DNA of 64,000 nt, taken from assembly GCF_001194135.2 (NCBI RefSeq), contig NC_069000.1, positions 22,122,335-22,186,334 of the forward strand. Direction: 5' to 3'. Positions 1 to 11,941 of the stretch are shown here, one piece after another. Each line of letters starts with the position of its first letter. The stretch's first letter is position 1. This DNA comes from Octopus bimaculoides (Eukaryota). The position numbers and the translations under genes were made by a program. Under the pieces are notes generated by a model. It made no database searches, was not told the origin of the DNA, and saw nothing but the letters and a program-made list of their open reading frames with translations.

Positions 1-196
1 GTGACACGTAAAAGCACCCACTACACTCTCTGAGTGGTTGGCATTAGGAAGGGCATCCAGCTGTAGAAACTCTGCCAAATTAGACTGGAGCCTGGTGTTG
101 CCATCCGGTTTCACCAGTCCTCAGTCAAATCGTCCAACCCATGCTAGCATGGAAAGCGGATGTTAAACGATGATGATGATGATGATGATGATGATG

Positions 197-198
<2 letters not shown>
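1..198 (+). mobile_element. SINE family A copy (cut by window edge)
   Basis: Same 3' block and (GAT)n tail as 16505-16930. Confidence 0.85.
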
Positions 199-252
<54 letters not shown>

Positions 253-896
253 ACTGACAAGAAAAAGAATAAGCTCAATAAACACATGAACAAATGAAAA
301 CAAACGAACGTGACAGTTTTATTGTTAAAAGAAATGGTTCTGCTTTTAGCTGAATAATTCATATCAGAAGAATATGAAAATAAGCAAAACTAAAAGCAAA
401 TTAAAATGCCAGAAAGTAATAAAGAAACTTAAATTTCAATAAAAAAGTTATAAACAGAAAAAGGACAAAACAAAAACCATTAAAAAATAATGTATGACCA
501 GGTTTATTTATTTTGAGGGTGAAGTATGAAGAAAACACAAAGGTTTACAGGAGTTGGTGGTAGTGAGGTTAATGAGTACTATGAACTTTTTGAAACGAAA
601 GTGAATATGTAGGATAATATCTATGAATAGCACAGTCAGCCCAACAGCTTGATATTAATGCAAACTGTCTCTTTCCCTTATCAGATTATGATGTCATAAT
701 TCTGTATGGTTGGAAACAAACAGGTGATAGTTATAGTAAAGGTGTACCAGCCAGTGTAGCTAACTGGTTAATGTATGATAATATATGCAATCGTTTTTTG
801 TTTAAGTTGGTTAGAAGAGAAAGGAGCCAGGATTGTGGAAATCTATATGTTTGATGCCCAGCCTGAATGCTTGCAACAGTGAACTCAGACACACAG

Positions 897-927
<31 letters not shown>

Positions 928-1672
928 CAAGCATGCACACAAACATACAATGGACTCTCCTGTCATTAGATGACATATGAAGATCCTGCAATTTTTTGCT
1001 TAACAACCACATGGATAATTTGTTTATAGAGATCAAATGTTTGTCTTCACATAAGCTCACTCCCTCTATCAAACTGACATTACCTGTATGGTGGCACGAC
1101 ATGCTACATGCATGTCAGATTACAAAATGATTGCAAGGCAGTGTGAAATGAAGTGTTTTGAACATAGCAATACATAGTCACTTATCTGCTCAAAATAGCA
1201 TCCTCAATCTTTCTGAGTAAACATCCTACAGCCTTCGAAATGGGCCCAATAATTTTTAGCCAGTAGGTCTTGACCCCCCTCCCCCTCACACACATCACCA
1301 CCACCACCACCACCAAAAAAACCCCAACCAGAACAAACAGGAGGTTGATAAAAAAGCTGAACTTTAGGTTTGAACCTTAAAATGGTATGTTGGCCACCTT
1401 ATTTTCTACATATGTTTGATCAGTTGTTCTTGTGCCATAGGTCAACTCAAGCAGTGCTGATTGATTAGGAATACTTATATTGAAGACTGTGTGCCATGTG
1501 AAAGGAAACCAGTATTTTGAAATTCACAACATTTGGCAGTGCTTTTAGTATCTAGAACAAGATATTGCCATTGTCAACAAGATAATAGATAGATATATCA
1601 TCATCTAACATCTGTTTTCCATACTGGCATGGGTTATATATATATATATGAGAGACTTAGAAATATTAATAA

Positions 1673-1746
<74 letters not shown>

Positions 1747-2808
1747 AAAAGTTTGACATGAGCTAATGAGAAGGTTATCAGCTTATGAGCTAATAATTTC
1801 ATCTTTAGAGATGAGAAGGTAATAAACACTCTTAATCATTAGGCCACAGAAGCATAACATGTGAGACATGCGGCGATGATTGGAGGCCAAGCAGATCTTG
1901 TGGGGGAAGTCGTTGTCGTCGTTTAACGTCTGCTTTCCATGCTAGCATGGGTTGGACGATTTGACTGAGGACTGGTGAAACCAGATGGCTACACCAGGCT
2001 CCAATCTGATTTGGCAGAGTTTCTACAGCTGGATGCCCTTCCTAACACCAACCACTCAGAGAGTGTAGTGGGTGCTTTTACGTGTCACCCGCACGAAGGC
2101 CAGTCAGGCGGTACTGGCAACGGCCACGCTCAAAATGGTGCATTTCATGTGCCACCCGCACAAAAAAAAAAAAAAAATGTTTCATATCTAAAGGTGAGAT
2201 AATCTGAAGAAATTATGATTTTGATATCATCAATACAGAAGTTATTATCCATTCATATTGCATGGCCAGACTTACATAATCCAGTGTCCATTCACAATCA
2301 CCAAGCCATACAAATAGATTCAATGTCCGTAACCTGGCCAGACCAATACACTCACAGTTCATCCACATCATGTGGTCATATACTCTCATCACCTATTCAT
2401 ACCATATGGTCATGCCAATGATACCATTGTCCATTCATATGTGAGATAACCAACAAATCAGTCATCGTCCATTTACATTACATGTCCACACCAACACAGT
2501 CAATCTCTCACATATACCAACCACCAACAGACCCTCTCATTATACTCCAGTCAAGTCAGAGAGGTCAGCAACTCACTACATATAACAACATACTGCAACT
2601 ATAAACATCATATTGTCAAAGAAAAACAAACAAACAAACAAGCTAGATTTGGACTTTGTTACTTCCAAGTATCTTTTATCCATTACTTGTTTCAGTCACT
2701 GGATTGTGCATATGCTGGGGTACCTCCATGAAAGGTGTAGTTGAACAAATCAACCACAGTACTTGTGTATACATCTATATACACATATGTATGTATATGT
2801 ATGTGTAT

Positions 2809-2842
<34 letters not shown>

Positions 2843-3144
2843 GTATATAAATACACACACACATATATGATGAGCTTCAGTACAATTTCTGTCTACCAAA
2901 TTCACTAACAAATCATTAGTTGGCCCAAAGCTATAGTAAGATTCTTGCCCAAGGTGCTGCACAGTGAGATTGAACTAGAAACCATGTAGTTGCAAAGCGA
3001 ACTTTTTCATCACACAACCATGTGAAGAACCCCTCCCCCACAAAAAAAAAAAACCCAACTAAAATCTGGTGTAAGCCAGCTGTCTTATGTTAGCTGAAAA
3101 GTGTATAAATGCAAAAATAAATACAAACAGATTAGACAACTTAC

Positions 3145-3275
3145 CGACAATGGCTGACCACACACTCATTACTGCAGTATTCACTGTCCCAACCTGGGTT
3201 GTCGATTGCATTATTTTGACAGCCATTACGTACACACATGCCAGGGCCAGCACTGCACATACCTCGTGGACCCGC
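3145..3275 (-). CDS. TOX: TOX C-terminal Cys-rich exon ([44 protein letters not shown])
   Basis: Acceptor cattgttccAG|GCG and donor CG|GTAAGT. 131 nt, phase 0/2. The CxRxGCxN..W..[13 protein letters not shown] motif matches the C-terminus of vertebrate TOX4. The following exon was not found in 1-3144. Confidence 0.92.
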
Positions 3276-4719
3276 CTGGAACAATGGATCATTGGGTAAA
3301 CATTAATAGGTGATATATTTTAAATAAAAAAAACANNNNNNNNNNNNNNNNNNNNNNNNNNNNNNNNNNNNNNNNNNNNNNNNNNNNNNNNNNNNNNNNN
3401 NNNNNNNNNNNNNNNNNNNNNNNNNNNNNNNNNNNNNNNNNNNNNNNNNNNNNNNNNNNNNNNNNNNNNNNNNNNNNNNNNNNNNNNNNNNNNNNNNNNN
3501 NNNNNNNNNNNNNNNNNNNNNNNNNNNNNNNNNNNNNNNNNNNNNNNNNNNNNNNNNNNNNNNNNNNNNNNNNNNNNNNATATAGAGAGAGAGAGAGAGA
3601 GAGAGAGGCATCTGGTGCGGGCTCCTGCCTGGCCAACTCCAATCAAACCATCCAACCCATACCAGCATGGAAGGTGGATGTTAAACGACGATGATGATAA
3701 TGATGATGATGATCTAAATCGGTGTCCCATCATAAATTGTGAGTTGAAACAATGTTTGGGGGACACTTGTACCTCTTGCCCCAGCAAGGTAGTGGTGGTG
3801 TTGGTGTTGGTAGTGGACCTACCCAGTTGTATGAAGTAACATGTTATTGATCTTCAAATCATTGTAGCATGTTTTATTGAAGGTTCCTGTGTTATTTTCA
3901 TTGACTAAGACACTTAACTTCACTTATCAACATACATTACATAGGTTGTACCCATATGTGGGTATTTTGAAAATACCTCACGGTATAGTTGCGGACTGCT
4001 CTTTGGCAAGGCATAGCACCTGTTCAGCCACCCTGCCAGGGATATGACAAAATCATGGGGCTACAGCATGGCAGATTGTGAAGAGGTAGTGGAAGAGCTC
4101 AGTTGAGCCAATGGTGCTTCTTACATTGATGCTCAGTGGAAGAATCCTTGAGGATCAATAGTCAGGATCAGTAAGATCTATGAAGAGAATAACTAGAATG
4201 CATCCATAGGGGTGGCATCCATGGTTGTTTAATCAGCTAATGAAAGACTAACACTTATGACTCAAAATTCAAATTCATAATAAGGGAATTGGATGGCAAC
4301 AGAGTAATGGGAATCCGCAAAAGCAGTAAAAAGTTAAAACAAAAACAAACAAAAAAAAAAACAACACAGGCTATAAACTGAACCTCTCTGTGGTTGCTTG
4401 ACTTGGTAGAAATAACAGTTGAATTGTGCTTAAATTATACCCTACTATCTTATAAAAGGACATATTGGATTAGTGTTGTCCAAGGTAAACCACATCCCAA
4501 AATGCTGGAGTGGCCATGACCTGGAATGTCATTGATCACAGGTACACTTGTCAGTGTGTGATTATTTAGTGGTTATTGAAGTGTGTCAGTCTTGAGCAGG
4601 ATTCGAAATGGCTCATTGAAGTGGCTGTTATTTACAACTCAGTTTTGTCAATCAAAATAACCTATGGTACCAGAACATCCAAACATTATTTTCATAGAAC
4701 AGTGAGAGGTAAGTCTTAG

Positions 4720-5370
4720 TTTGACTTTTTGCAACCCTAAAGATTCTGCTCATGCATTCACAGCAAACAAGGCACAGGGCCAGACATTAAATCATGTAGG
4801 TGCATTTTTAGCCACTCCGATGTGTACACATGGCCAGTTATACGTTGCTGTGAGTAGAGCAATAGACTCCAGTAATTTGCAAATTAGTGTCGACCAAACA
4901 AAAAATATCATCTATAAAGAAGTTTTGTAATCATATTGATATTATCGAAAGGAATATGATGGATAATTTAGATAAGGAAATTTGTGAACTTTGAATGTAT
5001 ATGAGAATAAACAAATGTAAAATGGTGTAAACAACTAAAATAAAAGTATATCTAAATGACACTTTTTTTTCTTAATACTGATTGCAGGAAGTTCTGGCTT
5101 TCTTCAGGAATGGTCCACATAACCATTCATGATACAGACGCTGAGAGCCTATTTCAGTTGGTGAGTGAATTGTCATCATATGTCACTTAGTCGCAAACAC
5201 GTGTCATATAGCTGCAATAGAATGCTGTATCACCAACAATAATGTGATTTCTCTAAGACACCACCCAGTAATCTATCAAGTCCATTTACACATTTCTCAA
5301 TACATACTGTTGTTATGACTCACCCCACCCCTCATTTTATGCCTCCATCGTAGATGGGTAGATTTGCTAG
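4720..5370 (+). mobile_element. 5'-truncated Helitron 3' fragment (PIF1-like helicase C-terminus plus terminal hairpin and CTAG)
   Basis: ORF 4721-4930 AFTANKAQGQTLNHVGAFLATPMCTHGQLYVAVSRA...TKNIIYKEVL* matches the Helitron helicase end (TINKSQGQ, FTHGQLYVALSR, NIVYKEVL). Hairpin CCATC-GTA-GATGG at 5345-5357, then CTAG at 5367-5370 followed by T. Confidence 0.78.
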
Positions 5371-5492
5371 TGCTGATGATGATGTGATGATATGGCAGAG
5401 ATAGTAATAGTGACATTGGTGGTGATATTGATGAAATGATAAGAAGTGATGATAAGTGCCAGAAAAAGAAAAAAAACTAGAACATCTCTTAC

Positions 5493-5765
5493 CTGACTGA
5501 CAATGGTTTGCTGTAAGTTGTTGTGTATTGGAGAAGTAACCGTACTGGCATTTGATACCATATTTTGGTTTGGTATCTGGGGTGGGGAAGAGTAAGGGAT
5601 CTGCTGTAAAGGAGGTGAGTCCGAGTGCATTGGGGTCATTTGCGTGTAAGTACCAATAGAGTTGACCTTGGTCATGGGGCCAGTAGTCGTGACACTCATT
5701 AAATCCTTTGAATTAATTAACCGATTTTGTTGTAATTTTTCTGAACTGAGGTCATCAATTGGAGT
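5493..5765 (-). CDS. TOX: TOX post-HMG Pro/Gln/Ser-rich exon (TPIDDLSSEKLQQ...NNLQQTIVSQ)
   Basis: Acceptor catctttccAG|ACT and donor CAG|GTAAG. 273 nt, phase 0/0. Lies within track ORF 5367-5789. Confidence 0.85.
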
Positions 5766-5960
5766 CTGGAAAGATGGAAGGTATAACAATATGTACAGAT
5801 CAAACTTCCAAACATTTGGAGGATATTATGAATTCACTTCACTATGAACCTTATTTTGTTTATTAATCTGCAAGAACTATGACATAAGGAACAAAAGGCT
5901 TGAAATTGTGTGTGTTATTTTACTTTGTCATGTTTGCATTTCTTAGCTGACTTATGAAGT

Positions 5961-6192
5961 TTAACTCTTTAGCATTCAATCTGGTCATTTTCAGTCTAAA
6001 TATTCTTTCTTTCTGTTTTTTGTTCAAACTGGCTAGGTCCTGCCTCACACACCTACTCTACATTGTTATTCTAAAAATAAACAGTCATACAATTGATATC
6101 TCAAAGCTAAGAGATAATGCACAATTAATTCAAAATAATGTGAATAAATAAGCATTGTATTTGACAGAGTAATCTGAATGCTAAAGTGTTAA
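5961..6192. mobile_element. piggyBac-like MITE family 1 copy
   Basis: TTAA|CTCTTTAGCATTCA...TGAATGCTAAAGTG|TTAA, about 230 bp. Homologous copies at 13667-13897, 17906-18132, 21944-22378, about 25490-25681, about 27023-27226 and about 31013-31140. Confidence 0.7.
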
Positions 6193-6847
6193 TTCTTCTT
6201 GTAACAAGAAGTTACTGTGTGTTCAATTAAGGCCATAAAAAGCTTCAACACTATTCTTGATCATTTCAATAAGTCTGCTCAGATTTGAAGCTTCACTAAG
6301 GTAGAAGCTATTCAGCTATTTGTGAGTTAAATCTCAATTGAAGGACAAGTGTGTGTATGTGTCAGGCCAAGTGATTAAGGAGTTTCTAAGCAATCATGAA
6401 CCATGCACTCCAACTTTGGTCTGATAGTGGGTCATTGTAAGTGCCCTCGGTCACAGCTTCCAGTTGCCCCAAGTCTTGTGGTGAAATCGTGTAGAAGGAA
6501 ACTGAATGGAAGCCTGTTGGATGGATGGAGTGTACCGGTAATTCTATGATACAAGACATACACTGCTTTCTGGCACTCTGTTGGTTATGACAATGAGAGT
6601 TCCAGTTGATTCAATCAATGGAACAGTCAGTCTGCTCATGAAATTAATGTGAAAGTGGCTAGGCACTCCACAGAATGTGACAAGGCTGGTCCTTTAACAT
6701 ACAGGTACAACACATTTTTGTTAGCTGAATGGACTGGAGCAACATGAAATAAAGTGTCTTGCTCAAAGACACAATGTGCAGCTGCTAATCGAACTCACTA
6801 TCTTATGATTGTGAGCCGAGTACCTTAACCACGAAGCCACATGCCTT

Positions 6848-7250
6848 CACACTGCCTTCAGTGATGCAATACACATTGCCTATGATGACATGAAACATAT
6901 ATACAACCTTTGGTGACAAAAGATACACACAGCCTTCAGCGACACAGGACATACACTCCCTTTAGTGATACAAGACATACACCAACTTCAGTGACACAAG
7001 ATATGTACTACCTTAAATGACACAACATACATGCAGTGACACAAGACATACACTGCCTTCAGTGACACAAGACACATACACAGCCTTCAGTGATACAACA
7101 TACAAAACCTTGAGTGATACAGACTACCTTGAGTGACTCAAAACATACAGTACTTTCAGTAATACGTGACATATACTACCTCCAGTGACACAAGACAAGC
7201 ACTACCTTCAGTGACATGGCATACACTGTCTTCAGTGGCACAAAACATTT
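6848..7250. repeat. Minisatellite of about 26 bp, roughly 15 diverged units
   Basis: Recurring CAGTGACACAAGACATACACTGCCTT-like units, ending about 20 nt from the donor of the 7271-7351 exon. Confidence 0.85.
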
Positions 7251-7270
7251 CGGTGAGGTGACAGTCTTAC

Positions 7271-7351
7271 CTGAGAAACCAGACTGGCTTTGTATGCTGC
7301 TAATTGTTTTAGATACTCCTTTTTGGCAGTTTCAGTTTTCTTTTTGTACAC
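7271..7351 (-). CDS. TOX: TOX HMG-box helix 3 exon ([27 protein letters not shown])
   Basis: Acceptor atctttcAG|GTG and donor CAG|GTAAG. 81 nt, phase 0/0. Matches the TOX consensus [27 protein letters not shown]. Missed by the ORF track. Confidence 0.96.
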
Positions 7352-8682
7352 CTGAAAGATAAGCCCAAAACACGTATTCCATTAGAAGTGATGATGATGA
7401 TGATGATGATGATGTAGTAGTAGTAGTAGTAGTGCTATGCTAATAGGAATAATATTGGAATAAAAAGAAATGAGGTTTCTAGTAAGAGCAGTATTAACAA
7501 TAAGGAAATTGTTCAAGAAATATCAGTCTTGACCACATGATGCCAGTTTATGTCCAGAAAAAACTGTTGCTGCTGTTACTGCTTCTGCTATTGTGGTTTC
7601 CCCCCCCCCCCTAGTTTCAAGTATGTGGGAATGAAGAGAATTATAAATTACAACAGCTGCTGCTGCTGCTACAACTACATTTTCCAACATTCTATCACTT
7701 TTGACAACACAAGCAATAAATAATACCAACAACAACAATGATTTCAAAGTTTGGCACAAGGCCAGCAATTTTGGGGAAGGGGGTTAAGTCAATTACATCG
7801 ACCCCAGTGTTTCGCTGGTACTTCAGTTNNNNNNNNNNNNNNNNNNNNNNNNNNNNNNNNNNNNNNNNNNNNNNNNNNNNNNNNNNNNNNNNNNNNNNNN
7901 NNNNNNNNNNNNNNNNNNNNNNNNNNNNNNNNNNNNNNNNNNNNNNNNNNNNNNNNNNNNNNNNNNNNNNNNNNNNNNNNNNNNNNNNNNNNNNNNNNNN
8001 NNNNNNNNNNNNNNNNNNNNNNNNNNNNNNNNNNNNNNNNNNNNNNNNNNNNNNNNNNNNNNNNNNNNNNNNNNNNNNNNNNNNNNNNNNNNNNNNNNNN
8101 NNNNNNNNNNNNNNNNNNNNNNNNNNNNNNNNNNNNNNNNNNNNNNNNNNNNNNNNNNNNNNNNNNNNNNNNNNNNNNNATAATAATAATAATAATAATA
8201 ATCCATTCTCCCATAGGCACAAGGCCTGAAATTTTGGAGGGGGAGACTAGTCAATGAGATTAACCCCAATGTTCAACTGGTACTTATTTTTACCAACCTC
8301 AATGGGACGACAGGCAAAATTGATTTTGGCAGAATTTGATCTCAGAATGTAAAGCCAAATGAAATGCTCTGAAGCATTTTGTGCAGTGAGTTAGTGAGTC
8401 TGCCAGCTTGCGGCCACCATAATGATAATAATAATAATAATAATAATCCTTTCTACTATAGGCACAATGCCTGGATTTTGTGGGGAGGGGAGGGGGGGGT
8501 ACTCGATCACATCGACCGACCCTGAAAAGATAAAAGGCAAAGTAGACCTCGGCGGAATTTGAACTCAGAATGTAAAGACAAGACAGAATGCCATCTGGCA
8601 TGCTGAAGAGCCTGCCAGCTCATTGCCTTAATAAAAATAAAAATAATAATAATAATAATAATAATGATAATAATCTACTCAC

Positions 8683-8818
8683 ACTTTTGTGTTCAGGGTC
8701 AAGTCCATCCCACATGGAAGCAACAATTTTGGAGACTTCTCCAAAACTGGCATTGGGGTTCTGACCCTTAATGGCTGCTTGGGTATCACGGAAAAACAAG
8801 GCATAGGCTGATACAGGC
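8683..8818 (-). CDS. TOX: TOX HMG-box exon ([46 protein letters not shown])
   Basis: Acceptor ctatttgcAG|G CCT and donor AGT|GTGAGT. 136 nt, phase 2/0. Near-identical to the TOX HMG-box helices 1-2. Confidence 0.97.
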
Positions 8819-11800
8819 CTGCAAATAGAAGAACACAAAGCAACACTACAGATTAGCTCAACGGTGCAGCTAGGCTAAGAATTCTAGTGCGCTGGAGGCA
8901 CTACTGTTGTTCACTAGCATAAAACATGTCTATGCACGCATGCATTTCAGTAGAAAACACAACACCCCCTGCTCCATACACACACACACACACACACCTA
9001 CATTTTGGTAGAACAATAATGCTACTGCAAATTAAAGTATACAGTCATTCAGAAAACAGATGGAGATAAACATCCCTACACCTCTTTTCTTCTTTCTCTT
9101 TCTCTCAGTCTTTCTTTGTTTTGTTCTTTCATTTTAGAAGGAAAACATATGCCAGATGGAACTGCTGCTGCTGTCACTGCCGTCGCTGCTAGTGGTGTGG
9201 ATGACTGTAATGGTGGAGGTGCTGCTTCTGACTGCCACAATAATGGCAAGGAAAATGAGGAATGGTAATAAATGTAGGAGGGATTTGTTTGGCAGTAGGA
9301 TGGTACAGAAATGAGAGAGGGAAAGAGAGAAAAGGCATGAGAGATAGATAGAAAGATAGAGATAGATAAAGAGAAAGAGAGAGAGAGAGAGATGTAAGTG
9401 AAAGTCACTTACGAAATTAGTTGATTTGAATTAGATCTGAGTTTAATGAAATAATAAGGAGAAACAATGTGAAATCAATACAATAGAGAAGAGAAACTTC
9501 CACAAACACACACGCATATAAATACACGTGTATGTGCGCACTAGTGTACACATACACACACATCTCATAATATTAATTCTACATATTACACACCACACAC
9601 ATCATGGATGCAAAATATTCAACATTACTGATTCACACAGACTCGCACAATACATAACCATACATGTGGTTGAGTTTGGTGCTGGTGGTGTTAGTGGGTT
9701 TGCAGAGTTAGAGCAATCTGTGTTATTTCAGAATTGCTTAAGTTTTGATGAGAAGAGGAGACAGTTGTTAGAAAATGCATGTGAGTATGCGTGCATCCAT
9801 GTATGTGTGTGTCTGTGAGAGCATGTCTGTGTGTGTGTGTGTATCTATGTGTGCATGTGTGTATGTGTATAAAAACTGGTTGTAAAGTTACATAAGTAAT
9901 TAAGGGCTGAGAATTTCACAATTCTGTATTCTTGAGTACTACACAGCTAATTAAAGCTATATATATGTACTCTTATGTACTGATTTCCATTTCTCCTGTT
10001 TCTTCCAAAATACCCCCCCCCCAGTTTGTGGCTGTGTAATTCCTAACCATATGGTTTCGGGTTCAGTCCCACTGTATGGCATCTTGGGCAAATGCCTTCT
10101 TATACAGCCCTGGACTACTGTAGAAGACACTTTCCTTCTCAGAAAGGTGAAAGGCCAAGCTGATCTCAGCTGTATATGAAATTATAAAATAACTGAAAAC
10201 AAGATATAGTCCAGGACCTTACTATTTCTGCTAACCCACTAGCCTGAAAACAAGGATTTTCTGACAATGCCGCAAGTCCACACTTTTATAGGAGACAAGG
10301 TCAACTGAATCAATCCAGTATATTACTGGTACTCATTCTGTCTACTTTAATGAGATCTGAACTTGAGAATACTGATTTCTAACATTTGTGCCAGGCCTGA
10401 AATTTTGAGAGCAAGAACAAGTTGGTCAATTTGATGTCACCGTATCAGTAACGAAGGAAGGAAATTGCCAGAATCATTCGAGAGCATTAAACAAAATACC
10501 TTGCAGTATATGTTCTAGCTCTTTATGTTATGAGTTCCATAATTAGTATTTGTCAAAGAAATCACCACAGGCAGGAATCATTCCTTCACCTGATGGTGCA
10601 AAGAATGAAGACATGAAAATATTAAACAAACCACACTAGGATTTGAACTCAAAATTTTAAGGTAATATACAATTATGAATATCACAATGCTTTTTTGTTT
10701 AGTCCAGCACTCCAATAATATTCATAATGGTAGCCATTAAGCCTCAGATCAGTAATAACTGAAGCAATCATCAAAAGCATTCAAACCATAACCTTATTCA
10801 TTTATGTTTCGTAGATGCGAGACTACATTATCCAGCACTGGTATAGTTATGTGATGCATGTGGATGAGGACAGCTGCATAAAAAGGTGCTGATCTCTAAT
10901 AGTGGAGGGAACCTGTGAAATGAATGGAAGACATGGGATGAAGTAGTGAGAAATGATCTTTGGATGCTGAGCCACACTGAAGAGATGACAAGGAACCAAA
11001 ACTTGTGGTGATTTGCTGGACTTGAGAAGACATGTCAAGCCAAGTAGAATCGTGGCCATCCTTACATACAGGCATGTCCTTTATGGCCACGCCCTCACTC
11101 ACTCTCCCAGCTGAGAGGTCTTTGTCTTGCAGGGGCTGGTGCCATGTAAAATGCACTCGTGCTGGTTTCACATAAGTGCACCTGTGCCAGTAGCACTTGA
11201 ATAGCACCCAGAACACTCTGTGAAATGGTTGGCATTAGGAAGGGCATCCAGCCGTAGAAACCATGCGAAAACAGACAAATGGAGCATGGATAGCTCTCCA
11301 GCTGGCCAGTTCCTGTCAAACTGTTCAACCCATGCATCATGGAATGTGGATGTCAAATGATGATGATGATCCTTCTTTGTAAAAATGGTGAAATGAGATT
11401 TGAGAGAGATTTGGCTGGTATTTCTAGCAGGTCAAACAATTACATAAAGGTTCCTTTATTTCTTTGTTTGTTTTGGTTCATATGACATTTTTGAATGTAG
11501 GTAAAAGGCCACAAGTTTGGAGGGGGTGAAGTGAAGGGTCAGTTAGATCAACTCCAGTACTTGATTGGCACTCTATTTTACTGAACTTGGAAACACAAAA
11601 CACAGTTGAGCCTAGTGTGATTGGAACTTGCAACATAAAGGTACATAATTAAATATCATTCAACTGATTGTATCAATAATAATAATAATAATAATAATAA
11701 TAATCCTTTCTACTATAAGCACAAGGCTTAAAATTTGGGGGGAGGGGACTAGTCAGTTACATCATCCCCAGTGCATAACTGGTACTATTTCATCAACCTT

Positions 11801-11903
11801 GAAAGGATGAAAGGCAAAGTCAACCTAGGTGGAATTTGAGCTTAGAACATAAGGATGGACGAAATGCTGTTAAACATTTTGCCCAGTGTGCCAGCTCGCT
11901 GCC

Positions 11904-11941
<38 letters not shown>

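Noticed and set aside
3083-3144. Possible 51-nt intron giving an immediate stop after ...SHCR
   Set aside because: Unusually short, and it would truncate the conserved C-terminus. The true last exon more likely lies beyond the window edge.
6848-7250. CRISPR-like array
   Set aside because: Contiguous diverged units without unique spacers, in a eukaryotic intron; it is a minisatellite.
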